From positions 5,642,001-5,706,000 of the forward strand of contig NC_045138.2 in NCBI RefSeq assembly GCF_008831285.2: 64,000 nucleotides of DNA. Direction: 5' to 3'. This document shows positions 1 through 11,217 of this stretch, one piece after another. The notes below the pieces were generated by a model, which was not told the DNA's origin, searched no databases, and was given only the letters and a program-made list of their open reading frames with translations. The DNA comes from Nymphaea colorata (Eukaryota). Within the stretch, counting starts at the first letter, position 1, and each line of letters opens with the position of its first letter. The position numbers and the translations under genes are program-made.

Positions 1-423
1 TTAACCTTAGTTGGTCTCCAAAGTTGATTGATGATAAGGCATCGCACAGGTTGAGTATGTGATATACAAGCACTTGATCTATAGTTCGAGATTGTTGATG
101 TATGGAACTTGATCTATACTGAACACTCATATACAATGTCGTGGATCCAGTGGTGCTTCTCCTGCTTAGAGGCTCGTGCTTTGTTTTATGTAAAGGCATT
201 TATGTCATTTTGTATAAATGCAGGTTTGCCCTAATCCTTATGTTGTGAGGGAGACTATAGTTTCTTCTTTGGTCTTCTCTCTGAGAGTGAATAGTGAAAG
301 ATCTGTGCGACCGTGAACGTAAGAGATATTGCTCTGAACCACGTAAATCTTTGTCTTTTTCCTTGTTGTTTTTATCCCTCTCTTGAGAGTGCGAGAGGAG
401 AGTTTTATGTGTTGTTCCTAACA
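1..423 (+). mobile_element. Ty1/copia copy C1: end of pol and 3' LTR (93-423)
   Basis: Matches 10794-11217. LTR bounded by TGTTGA...CTAACA, followed by CCTTC and P450 exon-1 sequence. Confidence 0.9.
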
Positions 424-2723
424 CCTTCGCCGGTCATCCGTCGTTAGAAACTTTTGAACGCCTTGGACATCGTCCTCAGGTCACTGGAAAACGGTACTTT
501 GATTTGGACGGTGAATGAAAAGAGTTTAGTGAAGCTTTGAATGAGTTTGTCAATCTACTTGGTACGTTCATCGTCTCTCCTCAAAGCCATGAAGAGCGTT
601 CACCTTAAGATGGATGAAGTTGCCTCGGCTTGGCTTGCAAGCACCGCCGGAAGAAATCCAATAGCGCCAGCGAGAAGAGAGACATGATTGACGTGCTCAT
701 TGCGGGAATTTCCAAACGTCAAACTTGAGAGATTTTGGCAGTAAAAAAAAATATACATAACATACTTATCGTGCGTTTGACAGTTTGGATTTCAGATTCT
801 TTTGTCACATACCACGCCAGGTTTATATGAGATTTATGGATTTCAGACCCGAAGTAATCAAACTCATCTTTTGTTTTTCTAATATTTAATTATCAAAAAG
901 TTTGGTGGCCATGTCTATTTAATATTTTGGATTTTTCTTACTAACCGATTTTGATGTTTGTTTCTTTTTGTGATTTAAGTTATTTTTTTATAACTTTCAC
1001 CATTTTCTTGTCATTTTAGCTTGTGCCATCACCTTGCCAACTATTTAACCAGATTTCTTTCCATCGAGCTCTCATCATCCTTACCAAATTTCATATTTTT
1101 ATTTTGTAACTTCTTTTTAGAAAATTTTCTAAGACATCCTTAAAAATAATTAAAAGAAAAAGACACTTAACCTGAACTTTCATATTGCTAAAAATACCCT
1201 TAGGCTTCGCACTACTAATAAAAAGCTTTTTTTTTTCAAAAAGGCCACAATTTCTAAGCAGATTTGTTAATTTGTATTATTTTTTTACTGCTTCGATAAC
1301 ATTAATGCATGATTAGTTATATCTAAATGACTTTGTTTTCTATCTATATACTTAAAACAATTATAAAATTTTTTTTGTTAGCGTTATAATGATTTTGAAG
1401 GAAATTAAACCTAAATACAATTAATTTACTTGTCAATTTAGCAAGAAAAGCAGAGACATTCCCCTCTTTCCATTGCCTTCAAGGTGCAAGGTTGTTTTTG
1501 GTCCTTAAGATGCTCCTACACGAATCAAACTGACGATCAGACAACAATCTGTCAATCCGACCAACTACAGTCTACACACAATTGATGCACTACCTTATAT
1601 ATATATATATATATATATGTCCATACAAAAAGTGAAAACATATAGGTTGCGTTTATTTCACCATGGATTTGAGATTCTCTGTGATCTGATATCCCTAGGA
1701 TCTCAAATCCATGAATTTAAGATCATATATCTCTTCCTCCCTCTCTCCCCCACCCAAAAAAAAAAACTGATCTTAAATTAATGGTTTTGAATAAGGATGT
1801 GTGGTTCTCTTTGATTTCAAATTCTCGAGATTTGAGAACTATGGATCCTCGTGATTTGAGACCTATAGGTTTATTATCAGACCCCATCCAATTTTATATT
1901 TAAAAGGCGTTTGATTGCCTTGGATCTGAAATTTGAGGTGATTTGGGATCATTGTGAATCTCAAATCCACATTTTTTGCCTCACACCCCCTCAAATCTAA
2001 AATTCTTCTTTTTCACATATTGGTAAAAATCTAGTGTTTGTTGGTCTTACACAAAAGGGACTTTACTGATGGCCCTTTACTTCCTCTGATAACAAATCAC
2101 ACTTGAGTGACCTCTCTCTCTCTCTCTCTCTCTTCACTACACCACATATCTTAAAGAAAGCCCAAGATGAATTGGACTACCATGTGGGCAAAGACCAACA
2201 AGTGGACGAATCAGACAACAACAACTTGCCTTACTTGCAGGCCATAGTCAAAGAGTCAATGCCCCTATACCCAGCAACACCGCTTTTGCTCCCACACGAG
2301 TCAATGGAACCCATTCAACTTGGTGGGTTCGACGTGCCAGTTGGCTCAACGCCGTTTGTTAACGCGTGTAAGATTCATCGCGACCCGACATTGTGGACGG
2401 ACCCAGAAGAGTTCAAGCCAGAGAGGTTCTTGAGCAGCAACAATGAGATGACCAGCTTTGGTGGTCAGGACTTTGCCTTCTTGCCATTTGGGTCATGAAG
2501 GAGGTTCTGCATTGGCTGGCGGATGGACATGCAATTTATTCACTTAACTTTGGCACGCTTGCTGCAGGGCTTTGAATGGTCTATGCCCATGGATGAGCCG
2601 ATTGACATGACCGAGGGACATGGCCTAGTCCTGCCCAAAGCAACTCTGTTTAGAGTCCTTTTGAGGCTTCATCTCCCTTCTAGTGTGTGCTATAATATTT
2701 CCAATGATATGGCAGATTCATAA
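424..2723 (+). pseudogene. CYP82: CYP82-like paralog B, copy B1 (3' part: deleted exon-1 remnant, intron, exon 2)
   Basis: Exon-1 remnant aligns to paralog A with internal deletions. Exon 2 has PERF but lacks the splice acceptor and I-helix AGxES. ExxR is mutated (KESMP), and GGA>TGA stops the heme motif at 2496-2498. Confidence 0.92.
1662..1969. mobile_element. Degenerate MITE-like inverted-repeat element in the B intron (related sequence in the A intron at ~6010-6290; present in each unit)
   Basis: TGGATTTGAGATTC (1664-1677) is a perfect inverse of GAATCTCAAATCCA (1956-1969). A second inverted arm lies at 1700-1713. No clear target-site duplication. Confidence 0.4.
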
Positions 2724-4260
2724 TTTGAAACGAAGAATGAGGTCATAAGAAATTAGAATGTTAGATAAAAGGAAAATTGTGGATGTTGCATGTTAATTAA
2801 TTGATATCAGTTGGGGTGTTTGAATAGGTAATAAGTCTCATTTCCAAAGGGTTTGCTGCAACGGCCGGGGCAGCGGATTGTAGGCGGCCAGTTCCTTCAA
2901 TTATTTTTCCATTTTTAAGAAATGAGTAAAAACTTTTAAAATATCTGTAGAAAATTTTACTACCAATAATAATTCTGTAATCAATAGCGTCACGTATGTG
3001 ATTTCTGTATGCATAGTTCCATGGATGGACATTCCATTTCAATATACGTAATGTTATTCTGGAAACAAATTACAATGCATACAGAAACATTCATTTAGAT
3101 AATAAAATAAGATAACATTTTCACGATAAAATACTAAAGTAGTAGTGATCTAAAGGGAGCTTAAAAGTGAACAAAAGAAGTACCATCCAGATCTATCCAA
3201 CCATTTACGTTGCCTTTGATTACAGCAGATTTGATATCCACTGTTTTTAAATCCGAACCCAAATCCAATTTCAAATTCACACTTTTATACCAAACTGGGG
3301 ATTTAAAAGACTAACAAGAAGCAGCTCTTGGCAAGACGGAACATATACCTCCCAAAATAATCCCGCATAGATTTTTCTTGCACCACAGAGTTTGTGGTTT
3401 TTTTTTTTTTGCGTATTGAGGTGTAAAAATGACTCATCTATAAAAGAGACAATCCTACAAAGATAAAAGATGGAAAGTGGAAGATATAAAGTCCTCAATA
3501 TGTTTGTTTTCTTTTTTGAAAACGGCAAAAATGTCCCTATGCCTTTTTTGGTGTGCATTTATTGCAAGCACTAGGGTGGTGCTCACAACTGGATCCACCT
3601 AGTTCTTTTGTCGTTGGCTTTCTAATGTGTGCAAAATTTTTTAATGTCTACATAAATTAAAGCACATTCATATTTAATATTGTCATAGTGTCCCATTAAT
3701 CTACTCCATAGATTCATGGGATCATGACACATTGCTCATATTATCAAATGGTCTCAATCTGGTCCACAGGAATGATGCGGCTGTCGTGGATTATATGGTT
3801 CTAACAATTCAATCAGTCTCCAAAATATCATATTGCAAACGATAGTAGAATGCTATTGGTAGTAAAGTCTAAGTCTAAGAAGGAGGCTACCATCATTGTC
3901 CTATAGTGATCTCTTGTGGGGTGGACAAGATCTCCAAGCCCAATCATCAAAGAAACTCATCCATATATGAGGAATATTGATTGGTATAAACCAAACAAAT
4001 AGGTCAAGGACAAAAACCAAACCTTTAACTATGATGTTTAAAGCGTTTTTTTTGGAAGTATAACCGTACCAATATGATATTAAGGATAGGTAATATGATA
4101 TTAAGGATAGGTTGATGTGAAATATATATTAATTTGATCCATTTCTAGGTTTTAATAGTGTTTTTATGACAAGAAAATAAATGAATGGCTGTCATAGCGT
4201 CTACATTTTGATAATAGAAAAAACAACATTTTTCGTGTGTAAAAACAAGTTGATTCAAAG

Positions 4261-4396
4261 CACGTGTTATATCAAAATATTTTTTTATAAATATATTAGA
4301 ATGGTTATATTTTATTTTAAGATAACTTTTTAACCAAAAAATTAAAATGTTTATTTCTTTTTTTCTCTTACCTAAGTGTTTTGTGGTATATATATA
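4261..4396 (+). promoter_or_regulatory. Putative core promoter of CYP82-A1: G-box and TATA-like box
   Basis: CACGTG at 4261-4266 and TATATATATA at 4387-4396, ~190 and ~60 bp upstream of ATG 4452. Conserved in all A copies. Confidence 0.45.
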
Positions 4397-4451
4397 CAAA
4401 CATAGCTACCAAGCACCAAGCACCAAGACTGAAAATACCCTCACCACATCT

Positions 4452-6855
4452 ATGGATTCCATCAGGCTGGTAGCAGAGGGTTTAGCAGCTCTGCTCGCTC
4501 TTTTCTTCATCTGCAATATTTGGCAAAAGAAGAAAAGAGAAGCAAGAGGCCGACTACCAGAACCGGGCGGTCGTTGGCCAATAGTCGGACACCTTGGCCT
4601 GCTGACGGGAACCACACCTCTCTATAGAACTCTCGCTGCTCTTTCAGAGAAGCTGGGGCCTCTCTTCAGTCTCCAATTGGGACAAAGGCGTGCCATTGTG
4701 GTGAGCAGCATGGACCTCGCCAGGGAGTGCTTCACTGTCAATGACCGAGCCTTTGCCGGTCGGCCTCAGCTAGAAGGTTGGAAACGCCTTGGCTACAATC
4801 GTGCCATGTTCGTATTCAGCCCATATGGACCTTACTTTCTTGAACTCCGCAAGATCGTCGCCAACAAGCTGCTCTCAAGCCAGCAACTCCGACTGGTCAA
4901 ACACATCCAGGTCGACGAAGTGGGTTCCTTGCTGCAGCGATTGTATCGCAGTTGCAGCAACCTTGAGCCGGTTGAGATGAACCATCATTTGACCTGGTTG
5001 GCTATGAACATCGTCCTCAGGGTGGTCGCCGGAAAACGGTACTTTGATTTAGGCGGTGAAGGAAAAGAGTTTAGAGAAGCTCTCGGTGAATTTAACAATC
5101 TAGTTGGTACGTTCACCCTCTCTGACGCGATCCCGTGGCTGGGGTGGCTAGATCTGAGTGGCCACCTGCAGGCCATGAAGAGGGTTCACCAGAAGATGGA
5201 TGAAGTTGCCTCGGCTTGGCTTGCAGAGCACCGCCGGAAGGAGTCCAGTGGCGCCGGTGAGGAGAGTGACTTGATGGACGTGCTCATTAAAGAATTAAAA
5301 GACGGCCACTTGTCGGAAAATCATCAAACTGACGCTATAATTAAGGCCACCGCTACGGTGCGTTACCACCTCTCTCTCTTTTCCTCTTTTTTTTTTCCTA
5401 AGGTAAAACTTGAGAGATTTTGACAATAAAAAAATATGTGCATAACATACATGCTTGGCGTTTGACAGATTGCATCTAAGATTCATAGGACTTGAAAACC
5501 GTGGTTTTAGATCTGACTTTTCTCTTTCAATCTTAATTCTAACCTTTAAGCTTTCGACATAGAGAAGTAAAATAAGAATGTCAAGTATGAATCTTAGGTC
5601 GCATGATTCTTTTGTCATATCAACAAAAGCAAACCACGTCAGGTTCATGTGAGATTTATGAATTTTCAGAACTGAAGTAATAAACTCCCCCTGAAGTTTA
5701 ATTTTCTAATGGTTAATTACCAAAAATCTGGGTGACCGTGCTTTTTTCTATTCTAAATATTTCAGATTCTTCTTACTAACAGATTTGGATATTTGCTTCT
5801 TTTGGTGATTTAGTTTGAAGCATGTTTTATAACTTTAAGCATTTCTTGCCAAACCAAGCTGATTAAGTAAACGTTTTACCACCCTATTTAAACTGATAAG
5901 ATTTTGGGTCCTTCTCATCGCCTAATTTCTGTTTGCAACATGGGAAGCCAAAAAACTAAGAGAAATGAGAGTATCATATATACACAGTATATTAATACTA
6001 GAAGAGTTTTTCGGTTGTGCTTGATTCCACATGGATCTTAGATCTAAGGAATCACAAATCCATGATAGATAAAATCCACATTTCAATCAAATTGTGAGCT
6101 TCCCATGATAGATAAAATCATGGCCCCTGATTTTAAATCTTCAAGATTGGAGATCCATATATTTAAGAGAGCTTCCCCACAATCTTAAATCAGGCATGTT
6201 TTTATAGTTTATATCCGAGGGGTGTTTGATAGCCTCAGATTTGAAATTCAAGGTGATTTGGGTTCATTGGGAATCTCAAATCTACATGCGTTAGGTCAGA
6301 TCCGACATCAATTGTAAGGTTTTATTTATAAACTAAGGATCTCAGTTCTTCTTTTTCACATAATGGCAAAATCTAGGGTTTGTTTATGTTGTAGTTCTAC
6401 ATAAAAGGGATATTAGATCAGCCTCTGAACTGGGATCTCATGCTACCAGCCACACATTTAGTAGTTTCCGTAAAGTTCAAATGGCTTTTCACTGAATGTT
6501 CTTTGCTCTATATACATTTAAATCATTCCTCTGATAACAAATAAAAGAAATTGCTCCATACCTACTTTTTATTCATGTTTGCTTGTAGCACTTTCAATTC
6601 TCTAGCATCAGTAAAGGGCATAGATCTGTTTACTACCAATCTCCATTGTAATGAATTATTCCAGGTTTTGGTAGTAGCCGGGACAGAGAGCATGGCAGTC
6701 ACACTTGAGTGGGCTCTCTCTCTCTTGCTAAATAACCCACATCTCTTAAAGAAAGCCCAAGATGAGTTTGACTCCCAGGTCGGCAAAGAGCGACAAGTGG
6801 ATGAATCAGATCTCAGTAACTTGCCTTATTTGCAAGCTATAGTCAAAGAGACAAT
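4452..6855 (+). pseudogene. CYP82: CYP82-like paralog A, copy A1 (exon 1 4452-5357 intact; exon 2 from 6665, truncated by a deletion)
   Basis: Signal anchor, PEPGGRWPIVGHL, AR ECFTVND, GYNRAMFVFSPYGPY; GT..AG intron. Exon 2 breaks at IVKET, before ExxR is complete, and joins the B promoter. Confidence 0.92.
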
Positions 6856-7008
6856 TTTTAATGAAAAAATTGAAAGGTTGTTTCTTTTTTGCTCTGTTTG
6901 GTGTTATATATATACAAACATAGCTACCGAGCACCAAGTCTCAAAAATACCATCATCACATCCATGGATTCCATAGAGCTGGTAGCAGGCTCTTCTTGCC
7001 CTTTTCTT

Positions 7009-10000
7009 TCTTGAGAGTGCGAGAAAAGAGTTTTGTGTGTTGTTCCTAACAACTGGTATCAGAGCCAGGTTCGTTCGCGATAGAAACAATGGCATTGGAA
7101 GAAAGAAAAGTCAGAATCGAGAAGTTCGACAGTAAAGATTTTGGATTTTGAAAGATGCAGATCGATGACTTCTTGTATCAGAAGAAACTACATGAACTAC
7201 TCATGGAAGCGAAGCCCACAACAATGGCTGACGCAGATTGGCAGTTGCTGGATAGACAAGCCCTTGGAGTCATCCGGTTGACGTTGGCCAGAAACGTCGC
7301 CTTCAACATTGTTAACGAGAAGACGACAGGAAGTCTGATGAAGACGCTAACAGATATATACGAAAAAACATTTTGCTACGAATAAGGTATATTTGATGCA
7401 TCGATTATTTAATTTGAAAATGGCTGAAGGTGTCTCTGTTATGGATCACATAAATGAGTTCAATGTTATTACTTCTCAATTGTGTTTTGTGGATATTAAA
7501 TTTGATGATGAGGTTCAAGCCCTAATTTTGCTGTCATCTCTATCGAAGAGTTTGAGTGCCACTGTGACCGCCGTTAGTAGTTCATCGGTGTCAAGTAAAT
7601 TGAAGTTTAGTGGTGATCGAGATTTAATACTTAGTGAGGACATTCGTAGAAGAGAGACAGGAGAACCTCTCGATCTGCCATAAATGTTCATAACAGGAGC
7701 AGAACTAGTCAACGCTACCAAGACCGTAGAAGGTCCAAATCTAAGAGAATGAGTCAATCCAAACCTTGAAGTGATGGTTGTTGGAACTGTGGTAAGCGAG
7801 GACACCAAAAAAGAGACTGCAGGTTATTGAAAAAGAAAAACACAAATAATGAGGATGATTCAGAAAAATGCAGCAACAGAAGATATAGGTGATGCACTTG
7901 CTTTGAATATACACAACTCTATAGAGTCTTGGATTTTAAACTCTAGTGCATCTTTTTATTAAACATATTCTAATGAAAGTATGCACAACAACTATGTTGC
8001 AGGAAAATTTGACAGAGTATATTTTGCAGATGATGAACCTCTGGATATTGTAGGGAAATGTGAGGTTCACATTAAAATGCAAAATGAACATGTATGGAAG
8101 TTAAAAGATGTCAGACATGTCCCAGAGTTGAAGTCCCAGAGTTGAAGAGGAATCTCATTTCAATCGGGCAATTAGATGACGAAGGCTATGTTACTATCTT
8201 TGTTAGCGGATCTTAGAAGATAACCAAAGGTGCTATGGTTATAGCACGAGGTCACAAATTTGGCACATTGTACATAACTGCAGATGTGAAAGACACAGTG
8301 GTTGTGGCGAAATGTGAGAATAGATCCTTGTTGTGGCATTGCAGGCTTGGGCATATGAGTGAGAAGAGAATGAAGATCATGGCAACAAATAACAAGTTGC
8401 ATGACTTGAAATCTGTAGACATTGGGCTATGTGAAGACTGTGTCTTCGGGAAACAGAAAATTGTCACTTTCTCCAAAGTTGGACGACCTCCTAAGAAGGA
8501 AAAGCTAGAGTTTGTGCATACTAATGTTTGGAGACCTGTTCTAGTTCGTTCTCTTGGAGGATCCTTATACTATGTCACAATCCTTTCTGATTGTATCAGA
8601 AAGGTGTTGGTCTATTTTCTCAATCTGACGTGTTTAATGTTTTTAAAAGGTATAAAGCAGAAGTAGAAAATCAGACTACAAAGAAGATTAAGTGTCTACG
8701 GTCAAACAATGGTGGTGAGTATGACAGCAAAGAGTTTAAAGACTTTTGTGCAGATCATAGGATTCGAACACAAAGGACAATCCCTAAAAAACCACGACAA
8801 AATGGAGTTGTAGAAAGAATGAACAGAACCCTTTGTGAAAGAGCAAAGAGCATGAGACTGTATTCAAGCTTGCCAAAGATTTTTTGGGCTGATGCAATCA
8901 ATACAGTTGCATACTTGACAAATTATGGGCCTTTTGTTCCTTTGGACTATGGGATACATGAAAAAGCCTGAATCGGTAAAGAGGTAAATCTTGCATACTT
9001 AAGAGTCTTTGGTTGTGTCTCTTACATTCATATAGACTCGAATAAAAGGGATAAATTAGATCTAAGCCCAGAAAATGTTATTTCATTGGTTATGGAAATG
9101 ATGAGTTTGGATATTATTTTCAATATGATAAAGCGAAGAAAATTATTTGACATAATGACATAGTGTTCAATGAAATGGCTCTGTACAAAGACAGTGATAG
9201 TCTTATGTCTGATAAGATGAACATCATGACACAAATGAAGACATTGTAGAACTTCAAAATGTCTGTGAAGATGATGTTGCAATTAAGACTCAAGATAGAA
9301 ACAGTCAGATGGAACAAGAACCAAGCACATCCCAACCTCCATTGAGGAGATCAAGTAGAAGACCAAAACCAAATCAAATATATTCTCCTTATTTATATTA
9401 CTTACTGTTAACTGATGTCGGAGAACACGAGTGTTTTGATGAAGCAATGCAGGTTACAGATTCAATTAAGTGAGAGTCAACTATGAAAGAAGAGATGGAC
9501 TCTTTACATGCTAACAGAACATGGAAACTAACTGAGCTTCCTTGTGGAAAGAAGTCATTGCAAAACAAATAGGTATACAGGATTAAAGAAGAAGCAGCTG
9601 GAAGAAAAAAGTATAAAACAAAGTTAGTAGTGAAAGGTTTTCAACAAAAAGAATGTATAGATTATACAGAAATTTTCTCTCTTGTTATTAAACTAACTAC
9701 TATAAGATTGGTATTAAGTTTAGTTGCAGCTAAAAATTTATATTTGGAGCAACTAGATGTAAAAACTGCATTCTTTCATGAGGATTTGGAGAAAGATATT
9801 TATATGATGCAACCTGAATGTTTCTAGGTACAAAAAAATGAAAGCTTGTATGCAAGTTAGAGAAGAGTCTCTATGGTTTAAAACAGGCACTAACATAGCG
9901 GTAGAAAAAGTTTGATAACTTTACGGGAAGAAATGCCTTTAAGAAGTGTGATATGGATCATTGTTATTATTTTAAGAACTTTGATAGTTGTTATATAATT

Positions 10001-11217
10001 TTACTATTGTATATGGATGATATGCTTATTGCATGCTCAAATTTGCAAGAGATCAATTCTTTGAAAGAACAACTATCAAAGAAGTTTGAAATGAAAGATC
10101 TAGGTGCTGCGAAACAAATCCTTGGGATGAGAATAAGTAGGAACAGTAAGACAGACACCTTAAATTTGTCTAAACAAAATTATATTGAGAAGATCTTGTG
10201 CAGGTTTAAGATGCAAAATGTCAAACCTATTAGTACGCCGCTTGCTAGTCATTTCAAATTGTCCAAGGATTTGTCACTCAAGACAGATGAAGAGCATGAA
10301 AAAATGTCAAGGATAGGAACTTTAGGTATGAGTCTTTGTTTTAAGAAAAATGAATTTCTTTTGCATGGCTTTGTGGATGCAGATTTGGGTGGTGATCTTG
10401 ACAGCAGGAGAAGCACCACTGGGTACATTTACACCATAGGAAGAACCTGTGTTAGTTGGGTTTCACAGCTTCAAAAAGTTGTTGTGTTGTCTACTACTGA
10501 AGTTGAATATATTGTAGATACAAAAGGCAGTAAAGAGATGATTTGGCTAAAAAGTATTCTAAAAGAATTGAATGTAAAGGAAGAGAAGTGTTCTCTCTTA
10601 TGACAGTCAAAGTGCAATTCATTTAGCCAAGAATTCAGTGTTCCATGCTAAAACAAAGCATATTGATTTGAAGTATCATTTCATTAGAGATTTATTGGAA
10701 GAGAAGATACTATCTGTTGAAAAGATTCGTGGAACAGAGAATCCAACAGGCATGTTGACAAAGTCAGTGACTGCTAAGAAACTGAGGTTATGTTTAACCT
10801 TAGTTGGTCTCCAAAGTTGATTGATGATAAGGCATCGCACAGGTTGAGTATGTGATATACAAGCACTTGATCTATAGTGCGAGATTGTTGATGTATGGAA
10901 CTTGATCTATACTGGACACTCATATACAATGTCGTGGATCCAGTGGTGCTTCTCCTGCTTAGAGGCTCGTGCTTTTTCTTTATGTAAAGGCATTTATGTC
11001 ATTTTGTATAAATGCAGGTTTGCCCTAATCCTTATGTTGTGAGGGAGACTATAGTTTCTTCTTTGGTCTTCTCTCTGAGAGTGAATAGTGAAAGATCTGT
11101 GCGACCGTGAACGTAAGAGATATTGCTCTGAACCACGTAAATCTTTGTCTTTTTCCTTGTTGTTTTTATCCCTCTCTTGAGAGTGCGAGAGGAGAGTTTT
11201 ATGTGTTGTTCCTAACA
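7009..11217 (+). mobile_element. Ty1/copia LTR retrotransposon copy C2, degenerate, 5' LTR reduced to ~43 bp
   Basis: Gag from ATG 7089, zinc knuckle (CWNCGKRGHQKRDC), integrase (LWHCRLGH, QNGVVERMN), RT (YMDDML), RNase H (GFVDADLGGD, KHIDLKYHFIR) in copia order. Many stops and frameshifts. 3' LTR 10886-11217. Confidence 0.95.
7054..7066 (+). promoter_or_regulatory. Primer-binding site (initiator tRNA-Met) of copia; also at 21194, 43616 and 56039
   Basis: TGGTATCAGAGCC, 2 nt after the LTR end ...CTAACA. Confidence 0.9.

Noticed and set aside
200..424. Recurrent short ORFs (e.g. 200-424, 2797-3042, 20535-20771) conserved between units
   Set aside because: Conservation reflects recent duplication; no recognisable domains, and indels break them in some copies.
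2848..3280. Possible DNA transposon end (AGGGTTTGCTGCAACGGCCGGGG) downstream of B
   Set aside because: No matching inverted terminus or target-site duplication found.
4347..4451. N-terminal extension MFISFF... of the P450 ORF
   Set aside because: Starts upstream of the TATA-like box and is in frame only in copies with the 7-bp duplication; the signal anchor begins at MDSIRL.
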